Shown here: piece after piece, positions 28,379-38,285 of the stretch
How the letters are laid out: every line of letters begins with the position of its first letter
How positions within the stretch are numbered: the first letter of the stretch is position 1
NCBI GenBank assembly: GCA_008012175.1
Contig: SSEF01000020.1
Span: 24,002-88,001, forward strand
Direction: 5' to 3'
Length of the DNA stretch: 64,000 nt
DNA from: Candidatus Moraniibacteriota bacterium
Lineage (GTDB): Bacteria > Patescibacteriota > Minisyncoccia > Moranbacterales > UBA1568
Position numbers and translations under genes: made by a program
The notes under the pieces: model-generated
Told to the model about the DNA's origin: nothing
The model's input: only the letters and a program-made list of their open reading frames with translations
Databases searched by the model: none

Positions 28379-29011
28379 TTAGTAGAGGGTCATCTCGGTA
28401 ACCGGCCATGCCCGAAGAAGCACTCGGCCGATGACTGCCGTTTTCTTGACTGGACCAAAGACACGCGAGTCGTAGCTGAATGCCCGGTTGTCCCCCATGA
28501 CAAAATACTCGTCTTCTCCAACCTTTGTCCGAGCGAGATCTGAAGTCTTCACGATTGAATCCAGATACGCACTCTCGTCAAGTAGATAGCCATCGGGATG
28601 AACCGCGTTGTAGATATACACCCTCCCCCCCTTGATCTCTACACTCTCGCCAGGCAACCCGATGACACGTTTGATGAAAAATTGGGACGGGTCACGCGGG
28701 AAACGGAAGACTACCGGCTCTTGGCGCGATAGCTCACGGAATGGGTCAACATCGATATCAACAAGCGGAATCTTCGTATGCTTCAGTCCAAACTCGCTAA
28801 TGACCAAATATTCCCCATCATCAAAATTCGGTTCCATGGATGAGCCCTGGACGAAGAACGGTTGGAACAAAAAAGTTCGAATCGGTATAATGACCACTGC
28901 AGCGAGGATGAGAATTTTTGCCATTTCCAGCAGCAGAGATCCTGTTGAAAGATACTCTTCATCTGGTTCGACTGGGACTGGGGACAGATTCTTTGATGTA
29001 TCTTCCATCAT
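28379..29011 (-). CDS. lepB: Signal peptidase I
   Basis: GSSMEPN, IKRVIGLPGE, MGDNR..SYDSR. Confidence 0.96.
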   Translation of the reverse strand: MMEDTSKNLSPVPVEPDEEYLSTGSLLLEMAKILILAAVVIIPIRTFLFQPFFVQGSSMEPNFDDGEYLVISEFGLKHTKIPLVDIDVDPFRELSRQEPVVFRFPRDPSQFFIKRVIGLPGESVEIKGGRVYIYNAVHPDGYLLDESAYLDSIVKTSDLARTKVGEDEYFVMGDNRAFSYDSRVFGPVKKTAVIGRVLLRAWPVTEMTLY

Positions 29012-29114
29012 AGTTAATTAGGGTATGAAGGCGGGAGAAGGCTGATCAACCGGGTCAACAACCGATAAAACAACCCAATTGTACCACCTTTCACCGACGC
29101 TATCAAGAGGAGAA

Positions 29115-30674
29115 ATGCCTTACTATAAAGAGAAAATTAGGAATCATCCCCCCGCAACCACTGGCCCGTTATCAGCCCGGGGATTTTCGCTTGGCCAGGC
29201 AGAACTCGGAGGATCTGAACGGACCACGCCACGGTTGCGCCGTTTCCTACAGCTCTTTATTGCGTCCGCGATTGGCTTATCGCTTGTACTTGGAATCGCA
29301 ACTATTTTTATAGGGACACGCTTCACCCAATCGCTACACTTTGAAAACCGCGACCTGTCATTCTTGAGCGGGATCCGTATCATCGGAGACTCGTTCCTCG
29401 GAACAGGAACCGCGCTCCGGGGCGAAACTGCCGGCCGAGTGAATATCCTCCTCCTCGGCCGCGCTGGAGAAAAATATCCCGGCCGTAATCTGACCGATAC
29501 CATCATGCTCCTCTCGCTCGACACTGAAAAGAAACTTGTCGGGCTCCTCTCGCTCCCCCGCGATCTCTTCGCGCCGATCCCTGGAACCGGACTTTCCACC
29601 AAACTGAACTCGCTCTACCAGATCGGATTGAACGAGGATGACGGCGCTGAGATCCTCCGGGAAAGCGTCGCTGAAATCACCGGCCAGCCTATTCACTACT
29701 ATGCCATGATCGACTTCGACGGCTTCGAACGGATGATTGATGCACTTGGCGGCATCCAAGTCGAAGTGATGCGCGACATCTACGATCCACGCTATCCCGG
29801 CAAGAACTACAGCTACGAGACCTTCGAGCTCAAAAAGGGGTGGCAGAGGCTCGACGGCAAGACCGCACTGAAGTACGCTCGCGAGCGGCATGACGATCCC
29901 GAGGGTGACTTCGGCCGGACAAAGCGACAACAACAGATCATGCAGGCAGTCCGCGACCAGGTCTGGTCCATCCCGACCTTCCTGAATCCGTTCACGCTCT
30001 CTGGCTTCCTCGAAAGTCTCGGTGAAAGTGTGACGACCGATATTCCGCCAGAAGAATTTGGCCGCGTGATCGAACTGGCACGATCCATCGATACGAAAAA
30101 TGTTTCGACGATTGTCATCGACGCTTGGAAGAAAGAGAGCTTACTGCGTGTTTCCCACGTCGAGAATGGCGGAGTCCGCGCCTTCATCCTCGTCCCGAGG
30201 AGCGGCACCTGGAGCGAGATCCGAGATGCGGCCGAGCACCTCTTCGAAGCGAATACTCTCGAGATGAAGCGCGAAGCGATGAAAAAGGAATCGGCCAGGA
30301 TCCTCGTCCTCGCCGCCCCTCGCTATCGGGCTAATGCCGAAGCGCTCGTCGCTGATATCCGCGAGACATTCCCTATCGCGAGCGTGAAGCTCCAAAGCAA
30401 TAGCGACTTGGACAGGGTGGGCGAAGCCGCTATGATACAGGACAAGAGTGGTGTCCGCGCCCCCTACACGCTCGATACGCTCATCGCCCGTTACGGCCTC
30501 GCGGTCGGCGATATCCGCGACACTGCCGGCCTGACTCGCGACGATACTGACCTCGTCATCCTGTACAATCAGTCCGGACCCGTTCTCCCGACACTCGATC
30601 GGACCGATACACTGATCGGCGAAACCGACTTCCAAGAACCGCTCGCTCCGCAGAAAAATCCGTATACTCGCTAG
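29115..30674 (+). CDS. LCP (LytR-CpsA-Psr) family protein
   Basis: N-terminal TM, NILLLG, TDTIML, SLPRD, ALKYARER, DFGRTKRQQ; GAGGAG RBS before 29115. Confidence 0.92.
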   Translation: MPYYKEKIRNHPPATTGPLSARGFSLGQAELGGSERTTPRLRRFLQLFIASAIGLSLVLGIATIFIGTRFTQSLHFENRDLSFLSGIRIIGDSFLGTGTALRGETAGRVNILLLGRAGEKYPGRNLTDTIMLLSLDTEKKLVGLLSLPRDLFAPIPGTGLSTKLNSLYQIGLNEDDGAEILRESVAEITGQPIHYYAMIDFDGFERMIDALGGIQVEVMRDIYDPRYPGKNYSYETFELKKGWQRLDGKTALKYARERHDDPEGDFGRTKRQQQIMQAVRDQVWSIPTFLNPFTLSGFLESLGESVTTDIPPEEFGRVIELARSIDTKNVSTIVIDAWKKESLLRVSHVENGGVRAFILVPRSGTWSEIRDAAEHLFEANTLEMKREAMKKESARILVLAAPRYRANAEALVADIRETFPIASVKLQSNSDLDRVGEAAMIQDKSGVRAPYTLDTLIARYGLAVGDIRDTAGLTRDDTDLVILYNQSGPVLPTLDRTDTLIGETDFQEPLAPQKNPYTR

Positions 30675-30682
30675 ATACCTCT

Positions 30683-31231
30683 ATGACCACGCTCATTGTT
30701 GGCCTCGGCAATCCCGGCCCGGAATACGCTCTCACCCGCCACAATATCGGCTTCCTCGCGCTCGATCGGCTCCGCGAGGAGTTCGGCGCGCCCGAGTTCC
30801 GACCCGAAGCAAAATTTTTTGCCGACCTCTCGTCCACGATCGTGAACGGAAACAAAGTCATCCTCGCCAAGCCCACGACTTATATGAACGAGTCCGGCCG
30901 CGCTGTCCGAGCGATCCTCGACTACTACAAGCTCGATCCGAAATCGCTCGCCGTCATCCATGACGACCTCGACATCGCTCCTGGCACGCTCCGCGCCACC
31001 GACTCATCGCGGGCTGCTGGACACAATGGCGTCCAGGATATCATCGATGTGCTCGGCACTCAGGACTTCTTCCGTCTTCGTCTCGGCATCGGCCGACCAG
31101 TAGACGTCGAAGGTGCCTGTATGTCGTCCCACGACTATGTCCTCGGTCGTTTCTCGGAAGCGGAGTCGAACGGGCAGGCCGCCCTCTTCGACGCTCTCGT
31201 CGCCGCCGTCCGGGCACGCCTCTCCAGCTAG
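30683..31231 (+). CDS. pth: Peptidyl-tRNA hydrolase
   Basis: LIVGLGNPG, TRHNIG, KPTTYMNESG, HDDLD, GHNG. Confidence 0.97.
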   Translation: MTTLIVGLGNPGPEYALTRHNIGFLALDRLREEFGAPEFRPEAKFFADLSSTIVNGNKVILAKPTTYMNESGRAVRAILDYYKLDPKSLAVIHDDLDIAPGTLRATDSSRAAGHNGVQDIIDVLGTQDFFRLRLGIGRPVDVEGACMSSHDYVLGRFSEAESNGQAALFDALVAAVRARLSS

Positions 31232-31253
31232 ATCAGAGCCGTTCGCGCATATG

Positions 31254-31282
31254 AAAACCGCCCGGGCGATCGGACGGTTTTT
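31254..31282. terminator. Bidirectional-type terminator after pth
   Basis: AAAACCGCCCG-ggcgat-CGGACGGTTTTT. Confidence 0.65.
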
Positions 31283-31376
31283 ATTGTTGATGCTAAAGAA
31301 TATAGCTCCGATTTTTTTTGATAAAAAACAGGCGGCTTGGCAATCTCTTGCCATGCCGCCCATGAAACGATTCCGT

Positions 31377-32780
31377 TCAGAACGCGAATCGCAGACCGGT
31401 TACGATCTGATGATCCGAGGTCCCTGCATCACCGCCGGCGAGCCGCCTGTAGAGCGTCACGAACCAACGCACCGGACTGTCACCAATCGGCATTGAAACA
31501 TCGCCTTTCAGCATAGTGACCGGTTCGGTATTTCCCGGACCGCGGATGTGATACATCCCCAGATTGGTCGCTACCCCGTTCCACTGCCAGTCATGCTGCC
31601 ACCAGAGACCGGTTTGGCTCCCTGGCCGTCCGCCGGTATCCAGGAGGACGAGCTGCACTTTGCCGCAGACTTCCCCGCCACAGACCACCGCTTGAGGCGC
31701 GTGGATGCCGAGTTTCGGAATGAGCCGGTAGTAATTGTACGAGAGATCAGTACGCAGCCCCTCGATAGATGACCGCCAGCCGACCGTGACATCGATTTCC
31801 TGTCCGTCAGGTGTCTGCATTCCGGACGAAGCCCAGAGATTCAAGTACGCGCCCGTCGCCACATGGCTCGCCTCCACCCACGGTTGGATCACCGGACCAG
31901 GAGTCGGGACAAACCCGCTGTTGAGGACATACTGATTCTGAAGACTCATTCCACCGGACCAACTAAGTTCGGCTGCTGGCGAGTCCTCGTCCTTCTTCTT
32001 CTCCGGGCTCGCCGCCTTCACCGCGATCGGACAGATCACAGAGAACGCCGTGCTCACCATGACGGTGACGACTCGTACAAGATCACGGAGCTGCTGCTTC
32101 GGATCACCCCGATATGCGAAGAGCGTGACTGGCCAGGCGAGGAGCGAGAACGGAAGCCGTCCCATGAGAATCTCGAACCAGATATTGAAACCCTGGCCCT
32201 TGAGGCGGATCAGGAAGACAAGGAACGAGAGCACCATCCCCTCGGCATAGAGATACAGGATCTCTTCGCCGTGAAACTTCGTCTCGATGCCGTCGGAACC
32301 GATCAGCTTCTGTTCCCATCCTGGATGCTCGGCATCGAACCGCTCCCGTGCCGCACCAATCTCCTGAGCTGAGAACGCTGCGCGATATCTCTCTGATGTG
32401 GTGAACTGTGTCAGAGACTGGTCCGCGCCGAAACACTCTCTGTATGCCTGAGCCAAGCCTTCAGGTACTGCAGGTATCCCCTTGAAAACCCGTCTCATTA
32501 GCCGGCACTGGTTCTCGGCCTGACTCTTGGCCACAAGCTCCTCGAAATATCCGATTGCATCGCTCTTTAGCGGAGCAGTACTTATCGCCTGGTACTCACG
32601 TACCAGGGTGACGATCTCCTCAGAAGTCTTGAGATATTCCCTGTGGACCGTCTCACTCGTAAGCCGCGTGAAATGAAACAGTGCGACTACGAAGAGAAGA
32701 GTAAAGAGCACTATCTGTGCCCATATCCAACCATCTTGCCCGCTCGAAAATTCTCGGGCCTCACATCGCAGCGTCCTCAT
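31377..32780 (-). CDS. Membrane protein with C-terminal TorF/Gcw_chp-like beta-barrel domain
   Basis: N-terminal half has several TM segments; last ~200 aa are alternating beta-strands (GPVIQP, GAYLNLWAS, EIDVTVGW, DLSYNYY) ending GLRFAF; GGAGG RBS. Confidence 0.65.
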   Translation of the reverse strand: MRTLRCEAREFSSGQDGWIWAQIVLFTLLFVVALFHFTRLTSETVHREYLKTSEEIVTLVREYQAISTAPLKSDAIGYFEELVAKSQAENQCRLMRRVFKGIPAVPEGLAQAYRECFGADQSLTQFTTSERYRAAFSAQEIGAARERFDAEHPGWEQKLIGSDGIETKFHGEEILYLYAEGMVLSFLVFLIRLKGQGFNIWFEILMGRLPFSLLAWPVTLFAYRGDPKQQLRDLVRVVTVMVSTAFSVICPIAVKAASPEKKKDEDSPAAELSWSGGMSLQNQYVLNSGFVPTPGPVIQPWVEASHVATGAYLNLWASSGMQTPDGQEIDVTVGWRSSIEGLRTDLSYNYYRLIPKLGIHAPQAVVCGGEVCGKVQLVLLDTGGRPGSQTGLWWQHDWQWNGVATNLGMYHIRGPGNTEPVTMLKGDVSMPIGDSPVRWFVTLYRRLAGGDAGTSDHQIVTGLRFAF

Positions 32781-32854
32781 GGATATTTCCTCCGAAGTGG
32801 ACTCATCCGAAACCGTCGGAACCGCGGGTTACTACATAGAAAAGAACGAAATCC

Positions 32855-32883
32855 TTTATATCACATATTTGTAATCATGTCAA
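32855..32883 (-). promoter_or_regulatory. Near-consensus sigma70 promoter of the beta-barrel fusion gene
   Basis: TTGACA-17 bp-TATAAA with extended TG. Confidence 0.7.
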
Positions 32884-32972
32884 CTATGCTTGAATGGTAC
32901 ACGCATGGTACGGAAACAAAAAGAGACTCGGGAGAGCCTCTTTTTGAATGATCTCTATAGTAGTCGGAGGGA

Positions 32973-33647
32973 TTATTTCTTCTCTTCCTTCTTCTCACCC
33001 TCAGCACCTTCCGGCGTTTCCTTTACGACGCCCTCCACCTTGGTCACATCCATCTCGACTTTCTCGTCGAGAGCGGCGACTTCGGCCTCGGTGCGCGGCG
33101 CCTCGACGAGCGCGACGATCGTCTCGAGCGTCTCGAGCATCTCGACACCCGCCGGGAGCACAATATCCGAGACCTTGAACTGGTCGTCGAACGTGGCAAG
33201 CCGAGCGAGATCAACTGCGAGGGAATGCGGCAAATCCTTCGGGAGACACTTCACCTTCACCTCATCGAGATTCTTGATGAGAACGCCGCCGAGCGCCTTC
33301 ACGGCCGGTGCCTCACCTACGAATTCGAGCGGGATATCGGTCTCGATCTCCTCGTTCATATCCACTTGGTAGAAATCAATATGCATGAATCGTCCCGAAA
33401 GCGGATCGATCTGGACATCATGAACGAGGACATTCACAGCTTTTTTCCCGTCAAAGGAAAGCTCGACAATAGTACTCTCGCCTGCCGCCTTGTACAGCTT
33501 GGTGAAATCTATATAACGAACCGAGAGGTTCATTGGCTCCTTACTGTGCCCATACCGAACCGCCGGGATGAACCCATCTTCACGAAGTTTGGAGAGGGAT
33601 TTCCCAGACTCCTTCCTTTCCAGCACATTCAGCTTCAAAGTATCCAT
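32973..33647 (-). CDS. rplY: 50S ribosomal protein L25/Ctc
   Basis: IPAVRYG, HIDFYQV, IPLEFVGEAPAVK. Confidence 0.95.
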   Translation of the reverse strand: MDTLKLNVLERKESGKSLSKLREDGFIPAVRYGHSKEPMNLSVRYIDFTKLYKAAGESTIVELSFDGKKAVNVLVHDVQIDPLSGRFMHIDFYQVDMNEEIETDIPLEFVGEAPAVKALGGVLIKNLDEVKVKCLPKDLPHSLAVDLARLATFDDQFKVSDIVLPAGVEMLETLETIVALVEAPRTEAEVAALDEKVEMDVTKVEGVVKETPEGAEGEKKEEKK

Positions 33648-33692
33648 ATAATATTTATCGGTAGTTTATAAGAAAACTAGTCACTACTTTAC

Positions 33693-34013
33693 CTACCGGA
33701 TAAGCTCATCAACACTCCGGTGCTCCTTCAGGAACCGATGAACTGTCAAAACTTCATCGCTTGAAATGACTTCTCCTTTGAAAAGCCGCCTGGCTTCTCC
33801 CTGCTCAAGATCAGTGAGCACTCCCATGGAAACAACGCCGACAGGCGACATTGAGACATAGACAAGGCTCGATGCGCTGCAACTCTCGCAGGTGAGATGA
33901 AGCGTGGAGCGCTTGTCTTCCTGGTCGAGGAGCAGCACCTTGGCTGGCCGGTACTCCTTGCTGCAGACCGGGCAATGGACAAGGGCCTTCAGATTTTCGA
34001 GGTTAGGCTTCAC
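33693..34013 (-). CDS. Hypothetical zinc-ribbon protein
   Basis: CPVC...HLTCESC; GTG start 6 nt after TAAACT. Confidence 0.75.
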   Translation of the reverse strand: MKPNLENLKALVHCPVCSKEYRPAKVLLLDQEDKRSTLHLTCESCSASSLVYVSMSPVGVVSMGVLTDLEQGEARRLFKGEVISSDEVLTVHRFLKEHRSVDELIR

Positions 34014-34276
34014 GGTACTAGTTTACCCTGTTGAACAACTTTGAACAATTGAAGTGCTCCAAGGAAGAAAAGGACCTTCTTGGCAGAAAATCTTCTTCAA
34101 TGTTTCACAAGCGTCTATAGGTGAATCAAAAAATGCCCTGGACCAGCAATTTTTGAGTAAAACTAGTGTACCAGGAAGACCTACCGGGGTCAACCCCGTT
34201 TCATTGAATGGAAATTGACCAGCATCTTCCGCAATGCTAACCTACAGCGTCGTTCTTTTTGATAAGGAGCCTGGAA

Positions 34277-34849
34277 ATGAGCACTTCTTTCGCTCTTCTC
34301 TTCATGCGTGCCATCGCGCTCGATGAGCGCCCCCCTCTCCGCTTTCTCCAGAATCGTGACTGGAGCGGGCTCTGGCAGATACGCGAACACCTCATCCTTC
34401 GCGCCGCAAATGCTGCCTTGCACCGGGGCCGCTCGTACCGTGACTTCCGTGTCGGCGCTGCTGCCTATGTCACGTGCCGGAAACCCGACCTCATGCGTTC
34501 GCTCGGCCGGACACCGCAGCACATCTATACCGGCGCCAACTGGAAACTGGGCCCAGACGAGCGCAATACCTGCGCCGAGCAGGAAATCGTCGCTCAGATC
34601 CGCCAGAACCAGCACTTCTTTCCGGCACGGCGGATCCTCGCCCTCACCGTGTATGGCTCACCCCAGGACGAGCCCGATGCTGAGAGCGGCATCCGGACAC
34701 CGACCCTCCATCCCTGCCGACACTGCCGGCGGCTCCTCCGAGAAATCCCCGAGATGCGGCCGGACACAGTCATTATCACGGCATCGCCCGATGGTCCGAT
34801 GGAACTCATGTCGTTTGCTGAACTCCTCCGCATCCACGGAATGGCATGA
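34277..34849 (+). CDS. Cytidine deaminase-family protein
   Basis: SYRDFRVGAA, TGAN, CAEQ and PCRHCR zinc motifs; AAGGAG RBS; TTGACC-17-TAACCT promoter. Confidence 0.85.
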   Translation: MSTSFALLFMRAIALDERPPLRFLQNRDWSGLWQIREHLILRAANAALHRGRSYRDFRVGAAAYVTCRKPDLMRSLGRTPQHIYTGANWKLGPDERNTCAEQEIVAQIRQNQHFFPARRILALTVYGSPQDEPDAESGIRTPTLHPCRHCRRLLREIPEMRPDTVIITASPDGPMELMSFAELLRIHGMA

Positions 34850-34963
34850 ATGGACACGGCCGTTTCTTCCTTTGCAAGACCAATGTCTTGCTTTTTTTTC
34901 CAAAACAAAAAAGAGCTGGTCAGGCTCTTTGGAATTTTATTGACCATTTTGATTCGGAAGGTC

Positions 34964-35449
34964 CTACTCAGCCCAACGGCACGCCTTGAGAAGCGGCCAG
35001 AGATAGAGATTGCCGTCTTCTCGGGCAAATTGGGATATCCCCTCTCCCTCGAGGCCAAAGAACCTGATGGCGATAGCAGACATGGCTGCCTCCTCCAAAT
35101 CAGAGAGACCCGGAGGGCCAAACGGTGCATGGTCACCAGGAATGATTCCGTCCCAACGCGCGTTGGGTATCTGAGTCGCAATCCGGTCAAGACGGTCGAC
35201 AGCGAAAATGTCGGCTGAAGGAGAGGTTCCCGCAAATGAACGGATTTGATCGACTCTCCCCGATGCACGAGAAAAGCACCGCCCAAGCCGCTCAGGAATG
35301 GCGCTGCCAATCCTCATTGCCAATATCGTCCCTTCATTGGTTCTCCCGAAAAGTTCATCCATGGCTCGAAAAACTTCGGCCGCGATATCGGCAAACCGGC
35401 TACTCTCAAAAGGATAGCCGGAACACTCCTTTACGATTGCTTGATTCAC
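34964..35449 (-). CDS. Hypothetical protein (~161 aa)
   Basis: GTG start after AAAGGAG; upstream TTGACG-17-TATCAT (35560-35588); no recognisable motif. Confidence 0.55.
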   Translation of the reverse strand: MNQAIVKECSGYPFESSRFADIAAEVFRAMDELFGRTNEGTILAMRIGSAIPERLGRCFSRASGRVDQIRSFAGTSPSADIFAVDRLDRIATQIPNARWDGIIPGDHAPFGPPGLSDLEEAAMSAIAIRFFGLEGEGISQFAREDGNLYLWPLLKACRWAE

Positions 35450-35704
35450 GATGCTCCTTTCGTCGACAGATAATTTGGAAACACATTTGTGGACACATGT
35501 GAATTTAGGAAGAGGTCCCACTCGGCGTTTCGCTTGGAAATAAAAGGTACGAGGCCCTTATGATAGTTTTTTACAGTCCTACCGTCAAGGGTATACGAGG
35601 CATCCTTCGCTCATCGACACGATCCATTCCCGTACTGACGATGACTTCGCCTGACTCCGGCATGTCATCCGAAGACGACATGGGGCGCCCCGCCTGAGAC
35701 GAAA

Positions 35705-37759
35705 CTACACGTCGAGATTCTTTACGTTCTTCGCATGCGTCTGGATGAAACGGCGGCGCGGCTCGACTTCGTTCCCCATGAGGACATCAAAGAGCCTGTC
35801 AGCCTCCTCCGCATCGTCGATCGACACCTGGAGCATGAGCCGATTGTCCGGATCCATCGTCGTCTCCCAGAGTTGCTCCGGGTTCATTTCGCCGAGACCT
35901 TTGTAGCGCTGGATATTGATGCCGAAGACGTTCTCTCCGCCCTCACTGTTCGCATCGGTATTCTCCGTCCCTTCCGGCGCCTCCTCTTTCGGTTCAACGA
36001 TTTTTTTCTTGGCGGCTTTGGCGCTCTTTGCTGCTTCGGCGGCTGACCGGATCGCCTCAATCACGCGGTCTTTCTCCTCCTCAGTATAGGCATAGCGCAC
36101 ATCCTTCCCCTTCTGGAGCCGATAGAGGGGCGGCTGGGCGATATAGATATAGCCGCCACGGACAAGCTCTTCGAAATAACGGTAGAAGAACGTGAGGAGG
36201 AGCGTGCGGATATGCGAACCGTCGACATCGGCGTCCGCCATGATGATGATCTTGTGGTAACGGAGACGCGAGATATCGAACGTCTCGCCGATGCCGACGC
36301 CGAGCGCGATAATGATCGGCTTCAGCGTATCGGACTTCACGACCTTGTCGATAGTCGTCTTCTCGACATTCACGAGCTTGCCCCGAAGCGGGAGGATCGC
36401 TTGGAATTCGCGGTTCCGGCCCTGCTTGGCAGAGCCGCCGGCCGAGTCTCCTTCTACGATGTACAGCTCGCTCCGGCTCGCATCCTTGCTCGAACAGTCG
36501 GCAAGCTTCCCAGGAAGCGTCATCCCTTCGAGCGCGCCTTTCCGGATGACAGCATCCTTGGCAGCACGTGCCGCGATCCTCGCCCGGACAGTGAGGACAC
36601 ATTTGTCGATGATGGCGCGCGCGTCCGATGGATGCGTCTCGAGGTAATCGGCGAACGCCTCGGCTACGACGGCCTGGACCGCGCCGCGGACTTCGGAATT
36701 GTTCAGTTTGTCCTTGGTCTGGCCTTCGAACTGCGGATTGGCAAGCTTCACCGAAACGACTGCTGTGAGGCCTTCGCGGAGATCCTCAGCAGAAAATGTC
36801 CCTTCTTTCTCCTTGATGAGATTATTCTTCTTCGCGTAGTCGTTCAGGACGCGGGTTAGCGCCATCTTGAAGCCAGTGACATGCGTACCGCCGCCCGGGT
36901 TCACGATATTGTTCGCAAACGAGAACATGTGCTCCTTGAAGCCATCGGTATACTGAAGTGATGCTTCGACATAGATGTTGTCGACCGTTTTCTCGACATA
37001 GAACGGCGTTGCATTCTTCAGCTCTTTGCCCCGGTTCAGGAATTTCACGAAGGAAATGATGCCCGAGTCAAAGTAAAATCCGTGCCGGACAGCAAGGTGT
37101 TCATCAGCTTCGGAGAGCACCTTGCGCCGGTCCTCACAGAGAATCTTTACACCCTTGGTCAGGAAGGCCTGATAGCGCAGGTACTCGAGGATCTTCGTCC
37201 AGCTATAGACGATCTCCGGAAAGATCTCAGGGTCGGCTTGGAACGCGACCGTCGTCCCCGTCCGGTCGGATTTGCCGATCGGCTTCACCGAAGCCTTCGG
37301 CTTGCCCTGCCGGAATTCCTGGAACCAGATCTTCCCTTCCCGATGAACGGTCACCTGAGTGGAAACGGAGAGCGCGTTCACGACCGAAACGCCGACGCCG
37401 TGGAGACCGCCGGAGATCTTGTAGCCGTCGCCGCCGAACTTGCCGCCTGCATGGAGGATAGTGAGCACTGTCTCGAGCGTTGATTTCTTGGTCTGTGGAT
37501 GGATGTCGACCGGGATGCCGCGGCCGTTATCAGTCACTTCGACGAAATTATCCGGCAGGAGGCGGACGACGATATCTGTCGCATAGCCAGCCATCGCCTC
37601 ATCGATCGAGTTGTTCACTACTTCCCAGATGAGATGATGCAAACCCTCAGGCGAGGTACCACCGATATACATACCTGGACGCTTTCGCACGGGATCAAGA
37701 CCTTCCAGGACCTGGATCGATTTAGCGCTGTAGTTGTCTGCTGCTTTCGATTTCGCCAT
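35705..37759 (-). CDS. gyrB: DNA gyrase subunit B
   Basis: VRKRPGMYIG, SGGLHGVG, VEGDSAGGSAK, DADVDG, RYKGLGEM. Confidence 0.97.
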   Translation of the reverse strand: MAKSKAADNYSAKSIQVLEGLDPVRKRPGMYIGGTSPEGLHHLIWEVVNNSIDEAMAGYATDIVVRLLPDNFVEVTDNGRGIPVDIHPQTKKSTLETVLTILHAGGKFGGDGYKISGGLHGVGVSVVNALSVSTQVTVHREGKIWFQEFRQGKPKASVKPIGKSDRTGTTVAFQADPEIFPEIVYSWTKILEYLRYQAFLTKGVKILCEDRRKVLSEADEHLAVRHGFYFDSGIISFVKFLNRGKELKNATPFYVEKTVDNIYVEASLQYTDGFKEHMFSFANNIVNPGGGTHVTGFKMALTRVLNDYAKKNNLIKEKEGTFSAEDLREGLTAVVSVKLANPQFEGQTKDKLNNSEVRGAVQAVVAEAFADYLETHPSDARAIIDKCVLTVRARIAARAAKDAVIRKGALEGMTLPGKLADCSSKDASRSELYIVEGDSAGGSAKQGRNREFQAILPLRGKLVNVEKTTIDKVVKSDTLKPIIIALGVGIGETFDISRLRYHKIIIMADADVDGSHIRTLLLTFFYRYFEELVRGGYIYIAQPPLYRLQKGKDVRYAYTEEEKDRVIEAIRSAAEAAKSAKAAKKKIVEPKEEAPEGTENTDANSEGGENVFGINIQRYKGLGEMNPEQLWETTMDPDNRLMLQVSIDDAEEADRLFDVLMGNEVEPRRRFIQTHAKNVKNLDV

Positions 37760-37773
37760 ACGAGAGAAAATTG

Positions 37774-38151
37774 CTAGGGACGACTATATTGACGGACAGT
37801 GAATTCGATAAGAAGGATGAGAGCAAGAGCAAGGAGAACAAACCACCAGACGAGATACCCGAAGAATTGAGCGAGAGCGAGGCTCGTTCCCCAGGCGCCA
37901 AGCAGAGCTCCCTGCCGAACAGATCCAATGAGATACCCCTGAAAAGCAGATTGGCTTAGAAAACGCCGGGCGAGCGTAAGAAGAAAGAGCGTCGCTGCCG
38001 ACGTGCTAAGCATCCATAAGGCGACAAAAAAAAGTGTCTGCCCCGCGACCGTCAGCGCCGCTGGATCGACCCCAAAAATGAACACCCCGAGAACACCAAG
38101 AGCTACAAACACAAGGAGGCGGAAGAGTATGACTGCTGTATGGACGCGCAT
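37774..38151 (-). CDS. Hypothetical membrane protein (~4 TM)
   Basis: Hydrophobic 125-aa ORF directly upstream of gyrB. Confidence 0.7.
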   Translation of the reverse strand: MRVHTAVILFRLLVFVALGVLGVFIFGVDPAALTVAGQTLFFVALWMLSTSAATLFLLTLARRFLSQSAFQGYLIGSVRQGALLGAWGTSLALAQFFGYLVWWFVLLALALILLIEFTVRQYSRP

Positions 38152-38285
38152 CGGGAAAGGTACTTAACTATCACTGCCACTGATCCCAGTATATGGCTTT
38201 TTCTCGGACTTAGCAAGATATAAATTGGCTTATTTAAAGGAAAAATTTGCTTTTTTCCTGATAGTATGGGCAACGTAATTCTGGC

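Noticed and set aside
35608-35622. CGCTCATCGACACGA resembling CGCTCATCGACGCGA at 1888-1902
   Set aside because: 14/15 match with no extension; compatible with chance
35930-36050. Low-complexity insert in GyrB as an intein
   Set aside because: About 40 aa, Ala/Lys/Glu-rich, no Cys/Ser start or His-Asn end; sits at a variable loop
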